Assembly: GCA_016935665.1 (NCBI GenBank)
Contig: JAFGQN010000148.1
Coordinates: 69,384-133,383, forward strand
Reading direction: 5' to 3'
From: Deltaproteobacteria bacterium
Lineage (GTDB): Bacteria > Myxococcota_A > Polyangia > JAAYKL01
Length of the DNA stretch: 64,000 bases
The notes under the pieces are model-generated. The model did not search any database, had not been told where the DNA came from, and worked only from the letters and a program-made list of their open reading frames with translations. Every line of letters starts with the position of its first letter. The stretch's first letter is position 1. The position numbers and the translations under genes are program-made. Shown here in pieces: positions 56,269 through 64,000 of the stretch.

Positions 56269-57909
56269 CTACATAAGATGCAATGCCAGCCTTTGTTTTA
56301 AATCTTCCTTTTCAAACGGTTTGTAAATCATTTCGTTAATTCCCTCTCGCAAATATTCCTGTTCTGTTGAAGTGGATGATTGCGTTGTGATGAGTAGAAT
56401 TGGGAGTTGCTCTTTATTGTATACCTTCCGGATACGATGTGTGAGTTCCAATCCTGAAACATTGGGCATATTCAAGTCTGTTATGATAAGGTCGGGCTTG
56501 TCGGATGCGATTTCCTCCAACGCGGTTTCAGGAAACTCAAAGAGCTGAAAGTTGTATCCTTCTGTCGCTAAAACATTTTTGTAAATTGCCAGCATCATCC
56601 GTGAATCGTCAATAGCCCAAATTTTTTTCGTTTCATTGGTGACGGCATGCTCCGGCTGCATCGTACTTTGACTGATGGTCTGAACATCACTGATATATCC
56701 ATTATCTTTGAGAAGTTCAACAAAGACGGCTCTTGTATCCACGGGGGCTTTGGTTGAGAGGTATTCAATGGCGAGGTTCCGGAAGACCGGGTTTTTAAAT
56801 AAGCTTAAAAACACATTGGTGGATTCACTGACAATGAATACTTCGACAAAGCGCGCTGCAAGGACATCATCCTGAGAAATCAAGTTGTTTAATCCTGTTT
56901 CAAGTATTTCGTTGAAATTATTATTAATTGCTTTGGCAGCCATTAAAGAGACATGCTCCACCGGGTCCTGCAGTCCTGCCACGAGAGACATGGCGCCTTT
57001 AATAATTGGAAGTTGGCCCAGAACTTCATATGCCGCGAAACGTACATTTGGATTTTCGGGCATATCTTTGAGAAGGCGCCGCACCGGCAGAATGGCGCTT
57101 TCATCGCCAATACTTCCCAATACGTTCAACGTGTGAATCTGCAGGTCGGGATCGGATTGTTTTAGATTTTCAAGTAAAATGGGAACCGCCTTGGGACCGA
57201 TTTCTATCAGTTTGCTTTTTGCATAATTCCTAAGATATGCATGGTGGGAAAGCATGGTGTCATTGAGTTTTTGCAACGCCAGTTTGTTTTGACTGGAAGC
57301 GAATAAATTTAAAATAAGAACATCTATTCCCGTATCGCTTCCCATGCGTTCCGCCAGTTTTTGAATGGCATTTGTGTTGCCGATTGCGCCCAATGCTTCT
57401 ACTGCAGCAACGATGAGTTCTCGATTTCCCGCATAGAGAAAGTCAGCGATTTCACTAACTGCATCTATTGCAAAAAGTTCTCCCAGCACTTTCATTGCGC
57501 TTTTTTGAATGGCAATTATGCCGTTATTTCGTAGCAAATTTATAAGTGGATCGATGGCTTCATCGAGCATCAGCTCTCCGCAAAGCTCGATGAAAAAGGT
57601 TTTCTCCCTGTATTTGTCGTTTGTCAGAGTTGCCAGCAGAACTTCCGGGTTATCTGCCAGTTTTTGTTTTGCAACCCGTTTTAGCGGCTCCACACTATCG
57701 AGCAACTGAGGGCTATATCCGATTAGGTCGGCAAAAAAGGCCCCGGCTTCCTCATGAGCAACCCGGCTGAGTTCAAAAACCGCCCGCCTTTGCCCGTCAT
57801 CGTCGAGTCTGGGGAACTCCTGCAGAATAATTCGTGTCTTGACGGGGTCGAGCTTTTTAAAACACTGAAGGAGTTCTTCGATATATTCACCATTATCGAT
57901 TTTGGGCAT
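56269..57909 (-). CDS. HEAT-repeat protein with a C-terminal response-regulator receiver domain (chemotaxis-cluster associated)
   Basis: N-terminal PBS-lyase-type HEAT repeats (AIDPLINLLRNNG..., AVEALGAIGN...). The C-terminal REC has KKIWAIDDS...DLIITDLNMPNVSG...PILLITT...IYKPF. Confidence 0.65.
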   Translation of the reverse strand: MPKIDNGEYIEELLQCFKKLDPVKTRIILQEFPRLDDDGQRRAVFELSRVAHEEAGAFFADLIGYSPQLLDSVEPLKRVAKQKLADNPEVLLATLTNDKYREKTFFIELCGELMLDEAIDPLINLLRNNGIIAIQKSAMKVLGELFAIDAVSEIADFLYAGNRELIVAAVEALGAIGNTNAIQKLAERMGSDTGIDVLILNLFASSQNKLALQKLNDTMLSHHAYLRNYAKSKLIEIGPKAVPILLENLKQSDPDLQIHTLNVLGSIGDESAILPVRRLLKDMPENPNVRFAAYEVLGQLPIIKGAMSLVAGLQDPVEHVSLMAAKAINNNFNEILETGLNNLISQDDVLAARFVEVFIVSESTNVFLSLFKNPVFRNLAIEYLSTKAPVDTRAVFVELLKDNGYISDVQTISQSTMQPEHAVTNETKKIWAIDDSRMMLAIYKNVLATEGYNFQLFEFPETALEEIASDKPDLIITDLNMPNVSGLELTHRIRKVYNKEQLPILLITTQSSTSTEQEYLREGINEMIYKPFEKEDLKQRLALHLM

Positions 57910-57936
57910 TTGCTCTCCGTCGTTACAAAAAAAGCA

Positions 57937-58770
57937 TCACAGACGCTGATAGTAAATATTTCCGTGAAATTGCTTTTTTTCAAATGGCACATCCATTCCC
58001 ACCAGAGATTCAGTTGATCCAATTACAAGATAACCTCCTGCCGGGAGTTTTTGCGCAATATTGCTAAACAGCCGCTGCTTGTTCTCTTTCGAAAAATAAA
58101 ACGCAACATTTCTGCAGAAAATCACGTCCTGCACCGGAATAGTGGCAGTGCCTGAAAGCAAATTCAGGTGATGAAACGCAACGATACCGCGAAGATCTTC
58201 ATTGACGCGCCACAAATTATCCACCGGAACAAAATGCCTTTTCAATCTGGCGCCAGTCAAACCGCGAGATAGCTCTACCCTACCATACAGAGCCCTGCTG
58301 GCAATTTCCAGTGCGGCATGAGAAATATCAGTGCCGATAATTCGCAAGTCATGATTGTAGAAGTTGCCGAGCAATTCCTTGAGTATCATAGCGATGCTGT
58401 AAACCTCCTGACCGGTGGAAGACGCTGCGCTCCATATTTTCACGCAGGGACGATTACTGTCCATTTGCTTTTCGAGAATATCCGGCAGTAGCTTATGGGC
58501 CAACAGTTCGAATGGTTTGTGATCTCTGAAAAAATATGTCTCGTTGGTCGTGATGGAATCAATAATCTTATGTTTTAATTTTCCCGAACGCTCTCTATAT
58601 GCCTTGTCAATCAACTGTGCATATGACGACACTCCTTCAATTGGCAGAATGGGGCCCAATCGGCTTTCCACCAGATATGATTTGCTGTCATCCAGCACGA
58701 TGCCGCAGTTTTTTTCCACAAACTCTATAACAACGGCAAGGTCTGTTGAATGTACTTTATTCACGTTCAC
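57937..58770 (-). CDS. cheR: Chemotaxis protein methyltransferase CheR
   Basis: TNETYFFRDHKPFELL (CheR N-terminal domain) and VKIWSAASSTGQEVYSIAMIL (SAM-binding region). The probable GTG start overlaps the cheB stop (GTGA). Confidence 0.8.
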   Translation of the reverse strand: MNVNKVHSTDLAVVIEFVEKNCGIVLDDSKSYLVESRLGPILPIEGVSSYAQLIDKAYRERSGKLKHKIIDSITTNETYFFRDHKPFELLAHKLLPDILEKQMDSNRPCVKIWSAASSTGQEVYSIAMILKELLGNFYNHDLRIIGTDISHAALEIASRALYGRVELSRGLTGARLKRHFVPVDNLWRVNEDLRGIVAFHHLNLLSGTATIPVQDVIFCRNVAFYFSKENKQRLFSNIAQKLPAGGYLVIGSTESLVGMDVPFEKKQFHGNIYYQRL

Positions 58771-59834
58771 TTCATCGCCTTCAGGATTGCTGCATGCAGC
58801 GTATCGATGGGCATTACATAATCCACAACACCTTCTTCGATAGCCTTGGCCGGCATTCCAAATACTACACACGTTTCTTTGTTTTGCGCGACTGTGACAG
58901 CGCCACGCAGTTTCATTGACTTCATACCGGCTGCGCCATCATACCCCATTCCTGTCAGAATCACTCCTACCGCGGATGCTCCAAACTCCTTTGCAACAGA
59001 TCGAAACAAATAGTCGACAGATGGGCGACAGTTGTGTTCGGGATCATCGTTTGTGAGTTCAATCCGATGTGTTCCAGCGATTTGTCCTGGCGCCACCCTC
59101 ATGTGCATCCCGCCTTTGGCAATGTACACTGTTCCGGCGTGAAGGGGCATCCCGTCCTGAGCCTCAACCACCTTCAATGCACATTTTTTGTTGAGAGACT
59201 CCGCCAGCTGTCCTGTGAAAGCTGCAGGCATGTGGATGGTGATTAATACTGGGACGCCAATGTTTTGAGGAAGATTTGTCAGTAATGTGGTCAACGCCTT
59301 GGGGCCACCAGTGGAAGCGCCAATGGCGACTATTTTTGGTTTTTGACCCGAGGCGGCTGCAGAATGTATTCTTTTGAAATTGGTTTTCTGCTTCGCTTCC
59401 GATATCTCATTCGTTTTTACCGCACCACCAGCTTTCAGCCGTGTTCGTAAGGCATCGAGTATTGGAACAAGCTGTGTCTTAAGGCTTTCAACATTTTGCT
59501 CAATATTGTATCCATCTGGTTTGGCAATGGCATCAATGGCTCCCTGTTCCATTGCCTGAATTGCTATTTGCGCACCTTCCGGAGTGTGCGCGCTTATCAT
59601 GACGTATTCGGAATGCAGTCCCAGCGATTGCATCTTATCCATCACTTCGAGTCCGTTCATGTCCGGCATTTCGAAGTCCAGCGTTACAACATCCGGCGGA
59701 TTGGCTTTCGCTTTTTTTAGAGCCAGAGCACCATTGGGTGCGGTTTGAATATCTGTAATTTCAGGGAAAGAAGACAGGACATTCTGCAATATTTTTCTGT
59801 AAACCGCGGTATCATCAACTATGAGCCATCGCAT
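58767..59834 (-). CDS. cheB: Chemotaxis response regulator protein-glutamate methylesterase CheB
   Basis: N-terminal REC (LIVDDTAVYR...VVTLDFEMPDMNG) followed by the methylesterase domain (IVAIGASTGGPKAL ... HMP). Confidence 0.85.
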   Translation of the reverse strand: MRWLIVDDTAVYRKILQNVLSSFPEITDIQTAPNGALALKKAKANPPDVVTLDFEMPDMNGLEVMDKMQSLGLHSEYVMISAHTPEGAQIAIQAMEQGAIDAIAKPDGYNIEQNVESLKTQLVPILDALRTRLKAGGAVKTNEISEAKQKTNFKRIHSAAASGQKPKIVAIGASTGGPKALTTLLTNLPQNIGVPVLITIHMPAAFTGQLAESLNKKCALKVVEAQDGMPLHAGTVYIAKGGMHMRVAPGQIAGTHRIELTNDDPEHNCRPSVDYLFRSVAKEFGASAVGVILTGMGYDGAAGMKSMKLRGAVTVAQNKETCVVFGMPAKAIEEGVVDYVMPIDTLHAAILKAMK

Positions 59835-59852
59835 GTCGGTTCCTGTGCGCTT

Positions 59853-61778
59853 TCAGGTCAAATGCGCGAGGGAGTCGTTAAGTTTTGATTCTGTCCGCTC
59901 AAGATCTTCGGCGAAATGATGCAAATTGGCAGACGTTTTTTTTATCTGAGTTGTATCTCTGGTTACTTCCTTCACTGTGTGTGTCATACGGTCAGCTGAT
60001 TCAGACAATTCTTTCATGGCCTTTGTTACGTTTGACAAATCGGTACTGCTGCCAGCCAGATTTTTGGAAATATCTCGTGTTGTAATCGTCTGTTCTTCGG
60101 TAGCGGCGGCAATTGAATCAACGAAATTGTCCACTTCTTTCATTATCAAAGCTATATCTCGAATTCTTTGGATAGTGTGATGCGTCGCTGTTTGAATCGC
60201 TTCAATTTTCAAGCGAATGTCAGATGTGGCCGTATTCGTCTGTTGTGCCAGTTCTTTGACTTCACCTGCCACAACAGCGAATCCTTTTCCCGCTTCCCCG
60301 GCTCTGGCCGCTTCAATGGTGGCGTTCAGTGCGAGCAGTTTTGTCTGTTCGGCAATTTCAACAATGGTCTCGGTGACATTGCTGATTTGCACGGCAGCAT
60401 TTTCCAGTTGGGTCACTTCCTGCGATGCTTCATCCACGGCATTGACCGCGTTGCTTGTCACAGAACGCGCCTGCTCCGCGTTGTTGGCGATCTTGCCTAC
60501 CGTGGCGGTCATTTCTTCTGACGCCGCAGACACCGATGAAATGCCGGATTGAGATTTTGCTGTTGATTCCGAAATCCGTTGAATCAGGCTGGCCAGCTTA
60601 TGAGTGTGTTCCGTTACAAGAGTAATCTTTCGCTCTATGGCGATTGCCTGTTGTTCTGCGCTTATTGACGAATCTGTCAGTGTATGTGCCATGCGCTGTA
60701 CAGTTTGGGCGGTCTGATTCACATTCTGTCTGATTCGGTGCTGCTGCGTTTCGTCAATAATGACCAGCACTGTTCCATTCACGTCGCCATCACGGGACCA
60801 CAATGGCGTGGCAATCGCGTGAACATCGAGTCGATTCTCAAATATCTGAATCTCCTGGCGTCCAATGGTCGTCATCTGTGTGGCACGCACACGACTAAGG
60901 GGATTGTCTTTGTCGTCCCAGTTTGGCATGGATGCATACTCGGTGATTTTGACATGACCCAGTCGGTTCGAGTCAAATTTGAATATGCGGCAGCCTTCAC
61001 GGTTTGCATACCTGATTCTGGACTCGGAGTCGACAATACACAGCGGCAGTGGAATCGAATCAACAAAGTCTGATTGTGATTCCAGCGCATCGCATACGGC
61101 GTTCGAAATATTGGCCCAGCTACCTTTTAATTGGGCGCCATTTGAGTCTTTTTGTTGCAGCAAAATTTCGTCGATTTCAGTAGGAAAGGAAAGGTTGGAC
61201 ACCAACTCATGAATCTGATTCTGCAGGGATTTCAATGCCTGTCCCAACACGTCACGTGGGCTGTCCACAGGAATTGTGTCATCAATTTTTCCAGTTGCGA
61301 GATTTGTCACTGCATCCGTTTTCTGCAGCATATTTTGCTGGATTCTGGATAGTGCGTTTTGAATGCTGGACATGTGGGGCAACGCGTCATTCAACGTAAT
61401 TTCGAAATTGGATTCGCCATTTGCAATGCGACCCAGATATTTGTCAATCAGCTCTAATTGTTCGTCGAGCGCAACGCGTGGTTTTTCTTTTGGTTCACTG
61501 TCAGTGAGTATATCGGCGTCATCAGCTGTTTGCGTAACGCCAATTTGGGGAAGCGAATCGTTTCGGTTGTCGTTGGACAATGATTCGTTTGCTGCCTCAT
61601 TGGTCAAATTCTGTGCAACCTTCCTGTTGACTGAAGCGGATTTGGCAGACGCATTCCTTTTACGACCAGTTGTTGCTTTGCGATTTTTCCCTGGTTTTGT
61701 CTGGGACGTGTTGGTGAGTGCTGTGCCGGAAACGGTTTGTGACGCCTCGTTGTTTTCTGGTTCCGCAGTGTCATTCAT
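59853..61778 (-). CDS. Soluble methyl-accepting chemotaxis protein with a PAS-like sensor domain and a low-complexity N-terminus
   Basis: The MCP signalling domain ([39 protein letters not shown]) is present. The middle region is PAS-like. The N-terminal 150 aa are polar/low-complexity and no TM segments are evident. Confidence 0.8.
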   Translation of the reverse strand: MNDTAEPENNEASQTVSGTALTNTSQTKPGKNRKATTGRKRNASAKSASVNRKVAQNLTNEAANESLSNDNRNDSLPQIGVTQTADDADILTDSEPKEKPRVALDEQLELIDKYLGRIANGESNFEITLNDALPHMSSIQNALSRIQQNMLQKTDAVTNLATGKIDDTIPVDSPRDVLGQALKSLQNQIHELVSNLSFPTEIDEILLQQKDSNGAQLKGSWANISNAVCDALESQSDFVDSIPLPLCIVDSESRIRYANREGCRIFKFDSNRLGHVKITEYASMPNWDDKDNPLSRVRATQMTTIGRQEIQIFENRLDVHAIATPLWSRDGDVNGTVLVIIDETQQHRIRQNVNQTAQTVQRMAHTLTDSSISAEQQAIAIERKITLVTEHTHKLASLIQRISESTAKSQSGISSVSAASEEMTATVGKIANNAEQARSVTSNAVNAVDEASQEVTQLENAAVQISNVTETIVEIAEQTKLLALNATIEAARAGEAGKGFAVVAGEVKELAQQTNTATSDIRLKIEAIQTATHHTIQRIRDIALIMKEVDNFVDSIAAATEEQTITTRDISKNLAGSSTDLSNVTKAMKELSESADRMTHTVKEVTRDTTQIKKTSANLHHFAEDLERTESKLNDSLAHLT

Positions 61779-61807
61779 ATTTTCCCCCGCATTTTTTCGT
61801 TATGGTC

Positions 61808-62260
61808 TTACGCGTCCTTTGACAAGAGCTTGTCCATATCGAGTATGGCGACCAAATCCTCTTCGAGCTTGTACACTCCAGTAAAATACTTTCCCATTGC
61901 ATCATTCATGTGAGGCGGAGAGGGCAGAATTTCGTCCTGGTTGGCAGGGATAATGTCTTCGACGTTGTCGACCAGCAATCCAATCTGTTCCCCTTTGGAG
62001 TTCACCACAACATTGTTCATGCGCTTTGAAATCTCTGACGGTTCCATATGGAATTTTTTTCGCATATCCACAATCGTTACAATCTGGCCGCGCAGATTAA
62101 TAACGCCCCTGACATACTCCGGTGCCGAATATACAGTCGTAATTTCCATGTTCTTGTTGATTTCCTGAACATTGTCGATGGTGATGCCGCAATAGGTTTC
62201 CCCAACCTGAAAAATCACGATTTCGCAGGTGGTGTTTGGAATATGAGATGACGCGCTCAT
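61808..62260 (-). CDS. cheW: Chemotaxis coupling protein CheW
   Basis: A single CheW-like domain of 150 aa (VRGVINLRGQIVTIVDMRKKF). Confidence 0.8.
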   Translation of the reverse strand: MSASSHIPNTTCEIVIFQVGETYCGITIDNVQEINKNMEITTVYSAPEYVRGVINLRGQIVTIVDMRKKFHMEPSEISKRMNNVVVNSKGEQIGLLVDNVEDIIPANQDEILPSPPHMNDAMGKYFTGVYKLEEDLVAILDMDKLLSKDA

Positions 62261-62285
62261 TGTTGTTCTCTCCTTGTCATCGCAA

Positions 62286-64000
62286 TTAATTGCCTCGTCC
62301 GTGATTCAGGAAATGGACACTCTGTTCCAGAATCTGATCGCGATCCAGTTTTATCAGATAGGCATCAATGCCCACTTCCCTGCTGCGATTCTCAGCGACT
62401 TCTCCCATCACAGACGTGACGGCGATTGCAGGAATATGTGCATAGGCAGAATCGGCCCGCATCCGTTCCACCAAACCAAAGCCGTCCAGGTTGGGCATTT
62501 CAATATCGGTGAGTACCAAATCCACGTGATGTTGTTTCAACACGTCCAATGCCGCCAGTCCATCCTCCGCAGTGAGTACATGGAAACCCGCCTGTTCAAC
62601 GGTGTTTTTTATCTGATTCATAAAAAAGCGGGAGTCTTCAACCACCAGAATCTGTGGCACCGCCGGATCTGTTCCTTCGTCACGTGGTTGCACATCAATG
62701 TTGTCTATCTGCGAGGCTTTCAGTTTTCGTGTGGATTTTTGAACCCAATCAGGAACGGTCTCCGTTACAATAGAATGAATGTCCAGTAGAAGGGTAATCC
62801 GATCCTGTATAATGGCTGAACCAAACACGCCCGGCGAACGGTGCGTAATTTCATCAATGGTAATATCTGCATCGATGGTATCCACAATGGCGGAACACAT
62901 TATACCCGCTTCCCGCCCTGCGATTTTAGATACAACAACAAAGATATGATCACTGCTGGTGCATATGGGGTCAACAGAAACAACCTCTTCAATCGAGAAC
63001 AACATCAGGCTGCCACCGCGATACTTAATGGTGCGCTTGCCAGCGACGTTTTGAATGGTTTTTCGTGATACTTTTTCAACGCGTTCCACGAGGCCCAGGG
63101 GAATCGCGAGCACATCGTTTTTTGCGTTCTCCACAAGAAGTAGACTTTGCCGGTCCGTGTTTGCTGTTTCCTGGGTCTCATCATCCCGATGTTTGCGCAG
63201 TTCCGCGTCGGTGGTATCCATCAACTCCATGACCTGACTTATCCCCACCACGTCGAGGATGAGTGCGGCACGGCCATTGCCAAGAACGGTGGCGCCGGCA
63301 TAGCTTCTGCAATCGCTTAAATGCCGCCCCAACGGTTTTACCACGATTTCCTCCGAGTCCAGAAGCGTGTCAACGATAATGCCGTAATTGAATTCCCCTG
63401 CGGACACAACGGCGATATTGACTGCGCTGAGTGGATGCGTTCGCCGTTCAGAACCTGCCGACTTTTCAAGGGGAGTTGCTGTTGAACTTCGCCTGTCTTT
63501 AGGTCTTTCAAGCACACCCTGGCGTTGATCCGGGAACACTTCTCCTGTCTGGGGATGAACCACCTGTTTGTGAGGAATCCCCAACACATTGCGCAAATCA
63601 ATCAGTGGAAGCAAATCACCGCGAAGTCGCATCACGTTGACAGAGCCCAGCTTTTCGATGGTGCTGGCAACTTTGGCGGCTGGAATGCGTTGCAGCTCCA
63701 GCAGATTCATCTGTGGGATGGCAAAGTGCTCTCCACCCACTTCCACCATGAGACTGGGTAAAATGGCCAACGTCAGCGGTAGCTTGACCCGAATAGTCGT
63801 CCCTTTGCCAAGTTCTGACTCCAAATCCACAACGCCCCCAATGTTGGAGAGATTGGAACTGACCACATCCATCCCCACGCCGCGACCGGAAATCTCGGTC
63901 ACTTCTTTGGCTGTTGAAAAACCAGGCTTGAAAATAAGGCGCAGGATAGATTGCTCCGGCATGGCGTACAATTCCTGAGGGGTGTACAAACCCATTGTCA
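62286..64000 (-). CDS. cheA: Chemotaxis histidine kinase CheA fused to a C-terminal receiver domain (CheA-CheY hybrid); partial, 5' end outside the window
   Basis: HATPase_c (GRGVGMDVV...GKGTTIRVKLPLTLA), then a CheW-like domain, then REC (ILVVEDSRF...VLTDIEMPNLDG...KLDR). The frame remains open to the window edge. Confidence 0.8.
   Translation of the reverse strand, partial: TMGLYTPQELYAMPEQSILRLIFKPGFSTAKEVTEISGRGVGMDVVSSNLSNIGGVVDLESELGKGTTIRVKLPLTLAILPSLMVEVGGEHFAIPQMNLLELQRIPAAKVASTIEKLGSVNVMRLRGDLLPLIDLRNVLGIPHKQVVHPQTGEVFPDQRQGVLERPKDRRSSTATPLEKSAGSERRTHPLSAVNIAVVSAGEFNYGIIVDTLLDSEEIVVKPLGRHLSDCRSYAGATVLGNGRAALILDVVGISQVMELMDTTDAELRKHRDDETQETANTDRQSLLLVENAKNDVLAIPLGLVERVEKVSRKTIQNVAGKRTIKYRGGSLMLFSIEEVVSVDPICTSSDHIFVVVSKIAGREAGIMCSAIVDTIDADITIDEITHRSPGVFGSAIIQDRITLLLDIHSIVTETVPDWVQKSTRKLKASQIDNIDVQPRDEGTDPAVPQILVVEDSRFFMNQIKNTVEQAGFHVLTAEDGLAALDVLKQHHVDLVLTDIEMPNLDGFGLVERMRADSAYAHIPAIAVTSVMGEVAENRSREVGIDAYLIKLDRDQILEQSVHFLNHGRGN

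Noticed and set aside
62274-62789. Plus-strand ORF 62274..62789 opposite cheA
   Set aside because: Antisense to a strongly supported CheA receiver domain. His/Arg-rich composition.

Overview
This 64-kb window is a chromosomal segment of a diderm (Gram-negative) bacterium with about 50-55% GC, from a lineage I cannot place. A striking habit throughout is that secreted lipoproteins carry long poly-(Asp-Ser/Thr/Gly) linkers directly after the lipobox cysteine. Housekeeping genes are interleaved with accessory blocks. The housekeeping set is an RND efflux operon (whose outer-membrane-factor gene is cut to 62 codons), cysD-cysNC, tRNA-Gly(CCC), hflK-hflC, recG, greA, a fabH-like gene and a chemotaxis operon (cheA-cheW-MCP-cheB-cheR plus a HEAT-receiver protein) at the 3' end. 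The accessory blocks are: (i) two paralogous zinc-ribbon/Tudor-like membrane proteins flanking a membrane alpha/beta-hydrolase, sitting exactly where the efflux OMF gene is truncated; (ii) a 2.3-kb AT-rich island with almost no coding signal; (iii) a GT4-fusion glycosyltransferase, a GH130 phosphorylase and a NagB gene fragment; (iv) a small ORF translationally coupled to a B12-binding radical-SAM enzyme, then a DUF1049-like membrane protein and a lipid kinase; (v) a pectin (rhamnogalacturonan)-directed set of acidic-linker lipoproteins (PL11-like lyase, SGNH esterase, metallophosphoesterase, beta-rich protein); (vi) a REP-associated tyrosine transposase (RAYT) followed by a 1.3-kb non-coding tract holding three families of tandem repeats, one with REP-like palindromes; (vii) a FadL-like porin, an outer-membrane barrel, an MMPL/RND exporter and a LolA-like protein, with further lipoproteins and a chalcone-isomerase-like lipid-binding protein. 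A cysteine-rich module is shared by two unrelated lipoproteins, embedded between acidic repeat tracts. Several acidic tracts are encoded by near-perfect DNA tandem repeats, which points to length-variable surface proteins. Domain calls rest on motifs I recognised by eye; no search or computation was run.
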